Below are positions 11,539-22,414 of a stretch of 64,000 nucleotides of DNA, piece by piece. Position 1 is the first letter of the stretch. Each line of letters begins with the position of its first letter. The translations under genes and the position numbers were made by a program. The stretch is taken from NCBI GenBank assembly GCA_002381645.1, contig DFXE01000020.1, forward strand, positions 176,795 to 240,794, in the 5' to 3' direction. The stretch is from Bacteroidales bacterium UBA4116 (lineage in GTDB: Bacteria; Bacteroidota; Bacteroidia; Bacteroidales; Tannerellaceae). Below the pieces are notes generated by a model that saw only the letters and a program-made list of their open reading frames with translations, was not told the origin of the DNA and made no database searches.

Positions 11539-12456
11539 ATGGAAACGTATCACCTTATTACGGTTTTAGGACCTACAGCATCAGGCAAAACCTCATTTGC
11601 CGCAGCTTTAGCAGACCGTTTGAATACTGAAATAATAAGTGCAGATTCCCGCCAGGTTTACCGGTCGATGGATCTTGGAACAGGAAAAGACCTGTCAGAT
11701 TACACAATAAACGGCAAAACTATTCCTTATCACCTGATCGATATACGGAATCCGGGAGATAAATATAATGTATTTGAGTATCAGCATGACTTTTTCCGTA
11801 TTTACAATGAGATAAAAGCGAAAGGTAAACTGCCCGTTCTTTGTGGAGGTACGGGAATGTATATCGAAGCAGTGCTTAAAGGATATAAATTACTGGATGT
11901 ACCTGATAATAAAGAACTCAGGCAATCATTGAAGGGAAAGTCTTTAAAAGAGCTTGAAACCATTTTATCCGGGTATAAAGTACTTCATAATAAAACAGAC
12001 GTCGATACCGCACAACGGGCAATTCGTGCCATTGAAATAGAAGAATTCTACAAACAACAATCTCCCGAAAAAAATCAATACGATTCCCTTGAAAGCCTCA
12101 TTATAGGTATCCGGATAGAACGTGAACTCCGAAGAGAAAAAATATCCAAAAGATTACGTATCCGCCTACAGGAAGGAATGGTAGAAGAGGTGCAGAATAT
12201 TCTGGCATCCGGAGTTAATCATGAAGATCTGATTTATTACGGTCTGGAATATAAATACCTTACTTTATATTTATTGGGAAAGTTAACATACGACGATATG
12301 GTATCCCAGCTTGAAATCGCAATTCATCAGTTTGCCAAACGACAAATGACCTGGTTCAGAGGTATGGAAAGGCGGGGATGTAAAATACATTGGATTGATG
12401 CAACCCTGCCTACAGAACAAAAAATCGACATAACGCTCAAATTATTAAATGAATGA
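11539..12456 (+). CDS. miaA: tRNA dimethylallyltransferase
   Basis: GPTASGKT, ISADSRQVY, CGGTGMY, AKRQMTWFR. Confidence 0.95.
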   Translation: METYHLITVLGPTASGKTSFAAALADRLNTEIISADSRQVYRSMDLGTGKDLSDYTINGKTIPYHLIDIRNPGDKYNVFEYQHDFFRIYNEIKAKGKLPVLCGGTGMYIEAVLKGYKLLDVPDNKELRQSLKGKSLKELETILSGYKVLHNKTDVDTAQRAIRAIEIEEFYKQQSPEKNQYDSLESLIIGIRIERELRREKISKRLRIRLQEGMVEEVQNILASGVNHEDLIYYGLEYKYLTLYLLGKLTYDDMVSQLEIAIHQFAKRQMTWFRGMERRGCKIHWIDATLPTEQKIDITLKLLNE

Positions 12457-13264
12457 AAATATGGTAACAATTGAAAACTTTCGGAATAAAAAGAATTTTT
12501 TTCTGATGGCCGGTCCTTGTGTTATCGAAGGGGAAGATATAACACTTCACATAGCAGAAAAAATAACCGACATAGCAGGCAGATTAAATATACCTCTTAT
12601 TTTTAAAGGATCTTACAGGAAAGCAAACCGTTCACGTATTGATTCATTTACCGGCATAGGTGATGAAAAAGCATTAAAAATACTTCGCAAAGTAAACGAA
12701 GCCTTTCATATACCCACCGTTACGGATATCCATGAATCACATGAAGCAGGTATGGCTGCCGAATATGTAGACGTGCTTCAAATTCCGGCTTTTTTATGCC
12801 GGCAAACAGAATTGCTGATTGCCGCTGCAAAAACGGGGAAAATCGTAAATATTAAGAAAGGGCAGTTTTTATCGCCTGAAGGTATGTCCTTTGCCGCGCA
12901 AAAAGTGGCTGACGCAGGAAATAAAAATGTAATGATTACGGAACGTGGAACAACTTTCGGATACACCGATCTGGTAGTCGATTACAGAAGTATTCCTAAA
13001 ATGCAGCAATTCGGTTATCCGGTAGTTATGGATATTACGCATTCTTTACAACAACCTAATCAAACGTCAGGTGTAACAGGAGGATTACCCGAATTGATCG
13101 AAACCATCGCCAAAGCGGCTATTGCGGTTGGTGCAGACGGTTTGTTTATTGAAACCCATCCCGAACCCTGCAAAGCCAAATCGGATGGAGCAAATATGCT
13201 ACCATTACATTTACTGGAAGAATTACTGGTGAAACTGTTAAGGATAAGGGAAGCGATACGCTGA
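12449..13264 (+). CDS. kdsA: KDO-8-phosphate synthase
   Basis: AGPCVIE, KANRSR, QIPAFLCRQT, NIKKGQF, DITHSLQ. Confidence 0.95.
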   Translation: MNENMVTIENFRNKKNFFLMAGPCVIEGEDITLHIAEKITDIAGRLNIPLIFKGSYRKANRSRIDSFTGIGDEKALKILRKVNEAFHIPTVTDIHESHEAGMAAEYVDVLQIPAFLCRQTELLIAAAKTGKIVNIKKGQFLSPEGMSFAAQKVADAGNKNVMITERGTTFGYTDLVVDYRSIPKMQQFGYPVVMDITHSLQQPNQTSGVTGGLPELIETIAKAAIAVGADGLFIETHPEPCKAKSDGANMLPLHLLEELLVKLLRIREAIR

Positions 13265-13271
13265 AGTATCG

Positions 13272-13973
13272 TTATCCTAATTTACTTATTTTCCTTAGCC
13301 TGTCTTCGTCAATAAGTTTTATTTTTCTACCGTCCAATGCAATAATGCGTTCGGCAGCAAATGTAGATAATGTCCGTATGGCATTGGATGTGGTCATATT
13401 GGAAAGACTGGCTAAATCTTCACGTGCTAAATATATGCTGAGGGTTGCGCCGTCTTCTTCCAGTCCGTAACTATCCTTGAGGAATAACAACGATTCAGCC
13501 AAGCGGCCACGGATATGTTTTTGGGTAAGGTTTACCGTCCTTTCGTCTGCCACGCCTAAATCGAATGATAACTGACGAATAAAAAACATGGCAAGATTGG
13601 GGTTACCCATCAAAAGCTCAGTGACCACAGTCATAGGGATAAGGCAAACAATGGAAGGCTCGAAAGCAGAGGCATTGGTAAGATAATCTTCCTGGGCAAA
13701 ATAAGCGCGATAACCAAAGTATTGAATAGGTTTTATCATCCGTATGATCTGGCTTCGCCCTCCTACCCCTTCTTTAAATATTTTCACTTTCCCTTTCAAC
13801 AGACACATCATATCACGGGGTTCATCTCCTTCAAAATAAATCAATTGGTTTCGTTTAAAATGTTGAATAGACGAACTCTTACGAAGAATATCACGCTCCT
13901 TGTCGTTCAATACCCTCCATACTTCTGATAAACTTGCCGATATATCGACTTCTTCCTTTTGATGTTTTGCCAC
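13272..13973 (-). CDS. Crp/Fnr-family regulator, probable ortholog of Bacteroides Cur (BT4338)
   Basis: cNMP domain plus HTH; GVGGRSQIIRMIKP, ERTVNLTQKHIRGRLAESL, SNMTTSNAIRTLS recognised from memory as BT4338-like; GTG start. Confidence 0.85.
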   Translation of the reverse strand: MAKHQKEEVDISASLSEVWRVLNDKERDILRKSSSIQHFKRNQLIYFEGDEPRDMMCLLKGKVKIFKEGVGGRSQIIRMIKPIQYFGYRAYFAQEDYLTNASAFEPSIVCLIPMTVVTELLMGNPNLAMFFIRQLSFDLGVADERTVNLTQKHIRGRLAESLLFLKDSYGLEEDGATLSIYLAREDLASLSNMTTSNAIRTLSTFAAERIIALDGRKIKLIDEDRLRKISKLG

Positions 13974-13974
13974 T

Positions 13975-13990
13975 ACTGTTTTATAACATA
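13975..13990 (-). promoter_or_regulatory. Putative Cur/Crp autoregulatory site TATGTTATAAAACAGT
   Basis: TGTT-N4-AACA dyad immediately upstream of the start codon; resembles the Bacteroides Crp motif TATGTTnTAnAACATA as I recall it. Confidence 0.55.
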
Positions 13991-14133
13991 CTTATGAAGC
14001 ACAAATATATGACTTTTCTTTTGAAGAAAGAACAAATTGTATAACAAAAAGAAAATATATGAACATTTCAATCCTATCTCTGAACAATAACGATTATATT
14101 TATTTAATTTTGTAAAGAATAAGAGTAAACCGT

Positions 14134-16323
14134 TTGAGAAAAGCAACTTTCATATTAACCCTTTTTTCATTTATTATAATAAGTATTCAAGCCAAAGCAG
14201 AAGAAACTTATTATAACCATGCGACGGGTGGAAACAGCAAAAAAAAACCTTCGGTTTTACTCGCCGACTCTATTATGAGATTGGTTATTGAAAATGCCGT
14301 TAATTATCAAAACCTGCTGACAAGTTCTGAGGCAGAAATATATATAAAGGGCCGCACAGAAATACTAAAAAGGAATTACCTCATCAGATTCGCCCATCAT
14401 TTATTTCCTGTTAACCGGAGAGTAAAGGATATGGTATTTGAAATGGTTTGCCAAACCAAATTCGAACCACCTAATGTTTTCGCCCATAATTTTAAAGCCA
14501 TAAACGGAAGTAGTATTCCAAATAAGAAGAAACAACAGGAAATTCTAAGTTTTCTTAATATGAATGTGTATGCTTCCACTGCATTAGACGATGAAATATT
14601 AATGCCCGTAGCCAGAAATGCTTTCAAATATTACGATTTCAATTTAATGGATGAATCCGACAGCACCGGATTAAAAATTTATAGGATTCGTTTTTTACCT
14701 AAACATTTAAGTCAAAAATTAATTACCGGTGATTTGTATATCGTTGATAAAACATGGAGTATTGATAAGATCGATTTAAGCGGCCGTTATGCCTTTGCCG
14801 ATTTTAACCTGATCACCAAATTTGGTCGAGGCTCCAACCGCTTTAATCTTCCAGAATCGGCCGACCTGTATTTAAGGTATCATGTTTTAGGAAATGCTGT
14901 GGCCAGCTCGTATCATTCAAAATTTAACTATAAGGCAATTATATGGTCGTTAGATAATCATACAAAGAAAAGAAGAAGATCGTCTTTAGATCTTACCAAC
15001 TACTTTCAATTATCCTCAGATACAGTACCGATCATACTGGACACGGCATATTGGCAGGAAAAACGCGATATCCCTCTTACATCTGAAGAGAAAATACTGT
15101 ATGAAAACGTAACTGATGAAAGATTACAACCCGTCGACAGCATAGACCGAGATGATCCGTTCAGGTATTTAAAATTCACCGAAAAGTTAACAAATTCAGT
15201 TTCTTTCAATTATAAGTCTACGCGTTTTCGGTATTCGGGGTTTTTGAATCCTTTTCAATTGGGATATTCTAAATTTAACGGTATTACATATCGCCAGCGT
15301 ATACGGTTAAATAAAAACTTTGATGACGGGCGGCAGTTTCGTTTGCGTCCGGAGGTTGGTTTTGTGTTTAAACGTAAAGAATTATATTTTAAGGTAGTGA
15401 GCGATTGGGAATATCTGCCTCGTAAAAGAGGCGTATTGAGTTTAGTTGCAGGTAACGGAAATCAGACATATTCACATTCCATGACGACGAAAATAAACGA
15501 TTTCCTGAAAGATTCCATTTTGGATGCAGATGACCTGGGGCTACAATATTTCAGACATTATTATATTGAATTACGAAATAATATCGAACTTTTCAACGGA
15601 TTTGAATTAACGGCAGGACTTACCTATAATAACCGTATGCCTGTAAAGAAAAACTATGATCTGAATGTAAGTCCGGAAATATTAGATATAATTAATAGTG
15701 AATATAACGATTTCACTCCGATACTCGGATTTTCATATACCCCCAGACAATACTACCGCATGGATGGTAACAGGAAAGAATATGTACATTCATATTATCC
15801 GACTATTTCTGTTGAATTTGCCCGTGCTATACCCAATGTGTGGAAAAGTGAAGGAGACTTTACACGTATTGAAGGAGATATTCATCAAAGTTTGTATTTA
15901 GGATTGTTACGCAGATTAAATTACCATGTAAGCGCCGGATTATATACACGCCAAAAATCTACTTATTTTGCCGACTTCCGGTATTTCACACGGAGAAATT
16001 TTCCGGATACATGGGATGATCAAATTGGGGGAGTTTTTAATACCCTGAGAAGACAATGGTTTAATGCGGCCGATAAATATGTCCAGGCACATGTGATGTA
16101 TCAAAGTCCTTTTATATTATTACACTTCTATAAAAAAGAAGCGTCCAAATACGTATTTCATGAACGGTTATATTTCAGCCAACTGTGGACACCAGTATTA
16201 CCCAGTTATACAGAACTCGGATACGGAATAGGAAATCATATTTTCAATATTGGTGTTTTTGCCGGTTTTCAGAAACATAAATACCAGAGTATCGGATTTA
16301 AATTTGCATTCGAATTATTTTAA
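14134..16323 (+). CDS. DUF5686-like outer-membrane beta-barrel protein
   Basis: Signal peptide, EIYIKG, KYYDF...IYRIRFLPK, C-terminal YTELGYGIGN...FELF with terminal Phe. Confidence 0.7.
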   Translation: MRKATFILTLFSFIIISIQAKAEETYYNHATGGNSKKKPSVLLADSIMRLVIENAVNYQNLLTSSEAEIYIKGRTEILKRNYLIRFAHHLFPVNRRVKDMVFEMVCQTKFEPPNVFAHNFKAINGSSIPNKKKQQEILSFLNMNVYASTALDDEILMPVARNAFKYYDFNLMDESDSTGLKIYRIRFLPKHLSQKLITGDLYIVDKTWSIDKIDLSGRYAFADFNLITKFGRGSNRFNLPESADLYLRYHVLGNAVASSYHSKFNYKAIIWSLDNHTKKRRRSSLDLTNYFQLSSDTVPIILDTAYWQEKRDIPLTSEEKILYENVTDERLQPVDSIDRDDPFRYLKFTEKLTNSVSFNYKSTRFRYSGFLNPFQLGYSKFNGITYRQRIRLNKNFDDGRQFRLRPEVGFVFKRKELYFKVVSDWEYLPRKRGVLSLVAGNGNQTYSHSMTTKINDFLKDSILDADDLGLQYFRHYYIELRNNIELFNGFELTAGLTYNNRMPVKKNYDLNVSPEILDIINSEYNDFTPILGFSYTPRQYYRMDGNRKEYVHSYYPTISVEFARAIPNVWKSEGDFTRIEGDIHQSLYLGLLRRLNYHVSAGLYTRQKSTYFADFRYFTRRNFPDTWDDQIGGVFNTLRRQWFNAADKYVQAHVMYQSPFILLHFYKKEASKYVFHERLYFSQLWTPVLPSYTELGYGIGNHIFNIGVFAGFQKHKYQSIGFKFAFELF

Positions 16324-17240
16324 TTAACCGGACGTGCTAACATAATCCCGGTATTATTCTTTCCTTTAAGCACATACTCCTTTAAGGAGGCTTCATTGAT
16401 TATTACCTTTTTAGCCAAAGAGGAGGCATGTATAAAGGTTAACTTTTCTTTTTCCTTATATATAAAACCTACATGGGATATATCTAATCCTTTTATATCC
16501 GTTGTAAAACAGACCATATCACCCGATTTCATTTTATCAGCAAAAGAATCAATATCGTTTTCAGATATATAATAATACCGTCTTGAGTTTATTTCTTTTT
16601 CATTTAAAGAAATTTTCCGGACAAAATCAGAATTACCTTTCAACTGCCTGTAACTATCTGGATGAGTAGACATAAAATGTAGGTTCAGAATAAGAGGTTT
16701 ACCGCCAATTTCCCTATTTATGTCTTTTACAACACCCTTTTTATCATTAATATAAAGCCAGTCGGAAGTATAATGCAACCGGTCCATATAATTATTTGCC
16801 ACTCCTTCCCGGTAACGGATATATTGTAGATTACGACAGAAATTCTCAAAAGAGAGATCATCATCTTTTAATGTATAAGAGAGAGCAAACACAGTTTCAA
16901 CCAAAGTGGTACAATCGAACTCCCTGAGATTGACTACTAATCCTTCGGGCTCTTTTTCCAAAGTGGCCGAAACATACGGTTTTCCAAGAAAGAACATAGC
17001 AGTCTGCACAATCAATTGATCTACAGGCAGGGATTTTTTATGTCTAAATTCAGATATATAATTATGGTAAATCTTTCGATCTTCACCTGTACAGTATATC
17101 CGATCAGTAAGAACAATACGGGCTTCTATTTGTAAAGAAAAAGAGAGAAACAAAGCGAAAAAAACAATTAGCTTTATAGCCCGGTCATTATTTTTATTTT
17201 CTGATCTGAAATACTGTACATTTTTCATTTTAATTTTCAA
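16320..17240 (-). CDS. DUF1460 / AmiA-like NlpC/P60 amidase
   Basis: FLGKPYV, FDCTTLVE (Cys), RLHYTSDW, LDISHVG, HASS; true start probably downstream of 17240. Confidence 0.85.
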   Translation of the reverse strand: MKIKMKNVQYFRSENKNNDRAIKLIVFFALFLSFSLQIEARIVLTDRIYCTGEDRKIYHNYISEFRHKKSLPVDQLIVQTAMFFLGKPYVSATLEKEPEGLVVNLREFDCTTLVETVFALSYTLKDDDLSFENFCRNLQYIRYREGVANNYMDRLHYTSDWLYINDKKGVVKDINREIGGKPLILNLHFMSTHPDSYRQLKGNSDFVRKISLNEKEINSRRYYYISENDIDSFADKMKSGDMVCFTTDIKGLDISHVGFIYKEKEKLTFIHASSLAKKVIINEASLKEYVLKGKNNTGIMLARPVN

Positions 17241-19260
17241 TTTGTTTTGTACTCAGCAAATCCTGTAACTTTATTAATTCATCACGGTATTGTGCCGCTT
17301 CGAGGAATTCCAGCTTTTTAGCAGCTTCCGTCATTTGTTTCTTTGTTTTCTCAATAGCTTTTTCAAGCTGGGCACGACTCATATACTGAACGATCGGATC
17401 GGCAACAAGACTTGGTTCGGGTTCAACATATCCCAGTAATTGATCTGTTTCCCTTTGCTTTTCAGCGAGCAACGAAACACTTGCTTTTATAACCTGAGTA
17501 GGTGTAATACCGTGTTTTTCATTATAGGCCAATTGCTTTTCCCGCCTGCGGTTTGTTTCTTCCATTGTAAGACGCATGCTTTCCGTAATTTTATCTGCAT
17601 AAAATATTACTTTCCCGTTTACGTTACGGGCAGCCCGCCCGGCTGTTTGTGTCAATGAACGATGAGACCGAAGAAAACCTTCCTTATCCGCATCTAATAT
17701 GGCCACAAGAGATACTTCCGGTAAATCCAATCCTTCCCTTAATAAATTGACACCTATCAGCACATCAAAAAGGCCTTTCCGCAAATCATCCATAATCTGA
17801 ATACGTTCAAGAGTATCTATATCACTGTGTATATAATTACACCTCACTCCCATTCTGGTAAGGTAGGTGGTCAGCTCCTCAGCCATACGTTTGGTAAGCG
17901 TAGTAACTAAAACCCGTTCGTCCATGGCAGACTTCTGTGTGATCTCCTCCATTAAATCATCAATCTGGTTTAACGTCGGCCTTACTTCAATAACAGGATC
18001 CAATAATCCCGTAGGACGAATAACCTGATCTACGACAATACCTTCACTTTTGGCCAATTCAAAATCCGCCGGAGTAGCACTTACATATATAGCTTTAGGT
18101 GTCAACGATTCGAATTCTTCAAATGTCAGCGGACGGTTATCCATAGCTGCCGGCAAGCGAAAACCATATTCCACAAGATTTTGTTTACGCGAACGGTCAC
18201 CGCCATACATAGCCCGGATTTGCGGTATTGTCACATGGCTTTCATCTACAACTAACAGAAAATCTTTCGGAAAATAATCCAACAAACAATACGGACGTTC
18301 TCCTGCCGCACGACCATCGAAATACCGTGAATAGTTCTCAATACCCGAACAGTGCCCCAACTCCCTGATCATTTCAAGATCAAAGGTGACCCGCTCATAT
18401 AATCGTTTAGCCTCATAAGGCTTACCCAATTGCTTAAAAAACTCTACCTGAGTACCTAAGTCAACGTCAATCTGTCCGATAGCTGTATTGATACGGTCCT
18501 GGGTGGTAACAAATAAATTAGTCGGGTATATATTTAATTCGTCCTGTTCGTCTATCTCCCGTCCGCTCAACGGTTCAAAAGATGACAACCGTTCAATTTC
18601 ATCACCCCAGAATTCTATCCGGTAGGCAACTCCGTCAAAAGATTCAATTGCCGGAAAAACATCTACCGTATCTCCGTTAACCCTGAAGCTTCCACTTTTG
18701 AAATCTACTTTATTATTGGTATATAGCGCATCCACAAACCGGCGTAACAATGCGTCACGATTAATTTTCATCCCTCTTTCCAGATGCGTTACTTTTTGGG
18801 CAAAAGCAGTCGGATCGGCCATACCATACAAACAGGAAACGGACGAAACAACAATAATATCTTTGCGTCCCGATAAAAGAGACGCTGTAGTACGCAAACG
18901 CAGCTTATCGATTTCCTCATTGATCTGTAAATCCTTTTCAATATACGTATCAGTAGTGGGAAGATAGGCTTCCGGCTGATAGTAATCGTAATATGATACG
19001 AAATACTCTACGGCATTATTGGGAAAAAAAGCCTTGAACTCACTATATAATTGGGCTGCAAGTGTTTTATTATGACTTAATATTAATGTAGGTGTCTGTA
19101 CCTCTTTAATTACATTGGCAATGGTAAATGTCTTACCTGAGCCGGTTACCCCTAATAATGTCTGAAAGGGTACTCCGCTCTTCAGTCCTGCTGTCAGTTC
19201 CGCAATTGCTTCCGGTTGGTCCCCCGTAGGACTAAAAGGGGAAGATAATTCAAAATTCAT
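17230..19260 (-). CDS. uvrB: Excinuclease ABC subunit B
   Basis: PTGDQPEAI, GVTGSGKT, YYDYYQPEAY, DESH, C-terminal UVR domain. Confidence 0.98.
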   Translation of the reverse strand: MNFELSSPFSPTGDQPEAIAELTAGLKSGVPFQTLLGVTGSGKTFTIANVIKEVQTPTLILSHNKTLAAQLYSEFKAFFPNNAVEYFVSYYDYYQPEAYLPTTDTYIEKDLQINEEIDKLRLRTTASLLSGRKDIIVVSSVSCLYGMADPTAFAQKVTHLERGMKINRDALLRRFVDALYTNNKVDFKSGSFRVNGDTVDVFPAIESFDGVAYRIEFWGDEIERLSSFEPLSGREIDEQDELNIYPTNLFVTTQDRINTAIGQIDVDLGTQVEFFKQLGKPYEAKRLYERVTFDLEMIRELGHCSGIENYSRYFDGRAAGERPYCLLDYFPKDFLLVVDESHVTIPQIRAMYGGDRSRKQNLVEYGFRLPAAMDNRPLTFEEFESLTPKAIYVSATPADFELAKSEGIVVDQVIRPTGLLDPVIEVRPTLNQIDDLMEEITQKSAMDERVLVTTLTKRMAEELTTYLTRMGVRCNYIHSDIDTLERIQIMDDLRKGLFDVLIGVNLLREGLDLPEVSLVAILDADKEGFLRSHRSLTQTAGRAARNVNGKVIFYADKITESMRLTMEETNRRREKQLAYNEKHGITPTQVIKASVSLLAEKQRETDQLLGYVEPEPSLVADPIVQYMSRAQLEKAIEKTKKQMTEAAKKLEFLEAAQYRDELIKLQDLLSTKQIEN

Positions 19261-19264
19261 TCTT

Positions 19265-19462
19265 TTATAAACTTCCTTCTTTTGGCATCACGATCCAAAG
19301 AACAAGATAAGCTATTATTCCCGAAAAAGCAGTCAATACGGTTAATAATATATATCCTACACGTACTAATGTCGGATCCCAACCCAGATAATCGGCAATT
19401 CCTTCACATACTCCGGCGATCATGCCTTTATTTGAACGCGTTAATCTTCTCTTTACATCCAT
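19265..19462 (-). CDS. PspC-domain protein
   Basis: RLTRS..MIAGVCEGIADYLGWDPTLVR...AYLVLWIVMP. Confidence 0.9.
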   Translation of the reverse strand: MDVKRRLTRSNKGMIAGVCEGIADYLGWDPTLVRVGYILLTVLTAFSGIIAYLVLWIVMPKEGSL

Positions 19463-19512
19463 GACTTATTCTGTTTATGTATATACACAAAGTTAATTAA
19501 TTCTTTCCATAA

Positions 19513-22164
19513 TTACAAATTGAACCAATAGTTAAGTTTAAGCATAAAGGTATTGGTAGTCGGTAATCCGAACATACGGTCTAAATTATTGCCCCAACCC
19601 GAAATATAACGGCCGTCACTGTCAGACATCCGGTGTTCCCAGACTAAATATAAAGTCGACCCGGGTAAATACTCCCAACGGGCAACTAAATTCGACCGGA
19701 ATTCATTAAAGCTGAAATCGGGGTCTTTGAACTGAAACCCGTTGTTATCCTTCGAAACAGTATACATACCATCTTTATACATAATATCGCGGGTGTCAAA
19801 TTTATGGAAACGTTCCTCATAAACGGATGATTTAGTATCAGCCGCCATTTTAAATTCTTTATATTTACCCGAAGATGTAAACGGTGACCCATAAAACTGT
19901 ATCGAAATATCAGGCGTAATATTTACCTGCAGGTTCAAAGTTAAACCGTATGTTTTCTGATCCATATGCCCCATGATATATAAAGGATGAAAGTTCATAG
20001 AATACGGAGAAATAAAAGGGATTGCAGATCCCACATACTGCAGGTTATCCTTATTCCAGGCATAATTGAATTGTCCGGACAAATAAACATGATTTCCTAA
20101 ACGGAAATTTAAACTCGGCTTAAGAGTATTATATTTATTATAACCATCTGTATTATGATCTCCTTCATACTGGATTTTAAACATTACCCGTTTGGATTTG
20201 TCCGTATTGAATATTACAGAAGTATAAAAATAAGGATCAAAACGCATATCAGGACCTCCGCGAAGCATCCTGCTATCCAGCCATTTCCATCCGTATGTTT
20301 CCTGTAAATCAAGTTCAAACCTGTTCATGGTCATACTCCTCCAACGCAATCCGATAGTATTATTCACTGCCGTGCCTCCGTAATTCCATTGATTCTTTTG
20401 AGTTAAGGTAAAAGCATTATAACGGAACATTTTCCAGATATCCGTCTGACGATAAGCTATTTCAGTTTCATTCGAAATATGATCGGCCTGTTTCATATAT
20501 CCCATATCATTGAGGTCAAAACCAGGCGAAGACCAGCTAAATGTTTCTGAAAAAGCCCATTTGGCATTTCCCTTCCTGCCGGCTTTAATATAACCGCCCG
20601 TACCATTCAATGAAGTACGTGCCGGATCAACACCTAAATAATCTGTTGCCGAAGCACGCTGGTAATAGTGAACGGCATTGGACTGTAAAAGTGTAATAGC
20701 ATTTTCTGAACCATGTAATGAACTGAACATACCCTTTACGTCAATGTAATACAAACGGTTTTTAAAATATTGGATAAAATCGATTCCGGCGGAAAAGGCG
20801 TTTTTTATCATGAAATCTTTTAAATAATGCTCATCTAAAGCACGGTTGACTGACGTTATCATGCCTCCCAACAATGTATTCCCTCTCCAGTTCTTTTGTA
20901 CCCTGGCAACGGTATAATTGGTTAGCGGCTCTACTATTTCCTTATCCTCCATTCCATCCCGCGTCACTTTTAATGACGAACGGGCGGTTATACTCTGCAA
21001 TAAACCGATAGTTACACCCTCCCTATTGGTTCCCGTGAGTTTTAACGCTCCGATTATCGGTACATTTTCCTCATTATCGGCAAAACTCGTTTTATTATCA
21101 ACAACAGGACGGTAAGATGGGGCCGAACCGATCCGCCGGGTATAAAACATCATATCGCTCCCGTTATTAAAGTCCAGGATATGCTTTCCCTCAAGGAAAA
21201 AGGGGCGCTTTTCTTCATAAAACGTTTCATATGCCGTAAGATTCATAACTGAAGGATCGAGTTCCACCTGCCCAAAATCCGGATTGACAGTCAGGTCCAA
21301 TGTGAAATCAGATAGGGCAAATTTTGCATCCAAACCGGCATTAGCTCTCCATCGGTGTCCTTTCTGATAAGGACTTCCCTTGATTTCAGGTTCCCGTTGA
21401 TATTTACCCATGACATACGGAAGAATTTCAATTCCGCGGGGTTTAGGCAGTTCTGTCATCCCGTGCATTTCGCCAAATGAAAACACATGTCCGTTATTCT
21501 TTAAAGGAATCATGCTCCAGTTTTGCACTTCATTATTACGGCGGATAATACGACGGATATGTAAACCCCATATTCCATCGTCTGAACGTTGATTATAACG
21601 TAACTGGCTGAACGGGATCCGTACCTCTGCCGTCCAGCATGAATCTTGTATGTTTACATGTGTTTTACCTTCCCACACCGCATTCCAGCTACGGTTTATA
21701 TCCAGTTTATCCGTTACAATAAGGTCGGTTTTATTACCGCCGACATTTAAATTGAATTCAGGAGCGGCACGGTAATCATGATAGGTGTCAAAAGCAATAC
21801 TGATTAAGTCTCCCAGACTGTTATCGTCGCGGTTACCGATGAAACGGTTGATCTTTTCGGGAAGAATGTCTTTACACACCACTCCTATATAAATATATTT
21901 ATCGTCATAGAACAATTTGGCATAAGTAGGTGAAGATGACGGCACACGCTCATATGGAATAATCTGCACAAAAGGCTCCGACCATTCTCCATCCTCTATC
22001 CATAATTTCTCATCAAGCCGGCCATCCATAACAGGACGTTCCCCTGATATTTTTTTAATAGGATACGCTCGCTTATATGCCTTTTCGAAAGGAATAACGG
22101 AATCCTGCTGCGCATAGCAGAATCCACTTATCAATACAAAGGCTGACAGTATTTGTTTTTTCAT
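19513..22164 (-). CDS. DUF5916 outer-membrane protein with CBM9/DOMON-like N-terminal domain
   Basis: DGRLDE..W, WTAEVRIPFSQLRY, LTVNPDFGQVELD, EKRPFFLEG, C-terminal KLNYWFNL; start reassigned to MKKQIL. Confidence 0.8.
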   Translation of the reverse strand: MKKQILSAFVLISGFCYAQQDSVIPFEKAYKRAYPIKKISGERPVMDGRLDEKLWIEDGEWSEPFVQIIPYERVPSSSPTYAKLFYDDKYIYIGVVCKDILPEKINRFIGNRDDNSLGDLISIAFDTYHDYRAAPEFNLNVGGNKTDLIVTDKLDINRSWNAVWEGKTHVNIQDSCWTAEVRIPFSQLRYNQRSDDGIWGLHIRRIIRRNNEVQNWSMIPLKNNGHVFSFGEMHGMTELPKPRGIEILPYVMGKYQREPEIKGSPYQKGHRWRANAGLDAKFALSDFTLDLTVNPDFGQVELDPSVMNLTAYETFYEEKRPFFLEGKHILDFNNGSDMMFYTRRIGSAPSYRPVVDNKTSFADNEENVPIIGALKLTGTNREGVTIGLLQSITARSSLKVTRDGMEDKEIVEPLTNYTVARVQKNWRGNTLLGGMITSVNRALDEHYLKDFMIKNAFSAGIDFIQYFKNRLYYIDVKGMFSSLHGSENAITLLQSNAVHYYQRASATDYLGVDPARTSLNGTGGYIKAGRKGNAKWAFSETFSWSSPGFDLNDMGYMKQADHISNETEIAYRQTDIWKMFRYNAFTLTQKNQWNYGGTAVNNTIGLRWRSMTMNRFELDLQETYGWKWLDSRMLRGGPDMRFDPYFYTSVIFNTDKSKRVMFKIQYEGDHNTDGYNKYNTLKPSLNFRLGNHVYLSGQFNYAWNKDNLQYVGSAIPFISPYSMNFHPLYIMGHMDQKTYGLTLNLQVNITPDISIQFYGSPFTSSGKYKEFKMAADTKSSVYEERFHKFDTRDIMYKDGMYTVSKDNNGFQFKDPDFSFNEFRSNLVARWEYLPGSTLYLVWEHRMSDSDGRYISGWGNNLDRMFGLPTTNTFMLKLNYWFNL

Positions 22165-22258
22165 GGTTATACACAATAGAGGCAAAAGACAAATATACAA
22201 ATATTATTCGGGTACCGGATGATATTCCATATCGAAAAAATATACCTTTAGCCGGTAC

Positions 22259-22414
22259 TACTTATTGTATTTTTTCGGTATTTTTTTAAAATTACCCGCC
22301 TAAAGAAATATGATTTCCTGCCCAGCCATAAAAATTTGCCTGCTCAGGAAAATTCAAATTTATGCCGATATGTTAAAAACAGGTATCAATAAAGGATATT
22401 ACTTATTGTATTTT
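22259..22414. repeat. Degenerate 22-bp-period array bracketed by 15-bp direct repeats
   Basis: TACTTATTGTATTTT at 22259-22273 and 22400-22414; unit cores CCCGCC/CCTGCC/CCTGCT/TATGCC at 22295, 22317, 22339, 22361. Confidence 0.6.
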
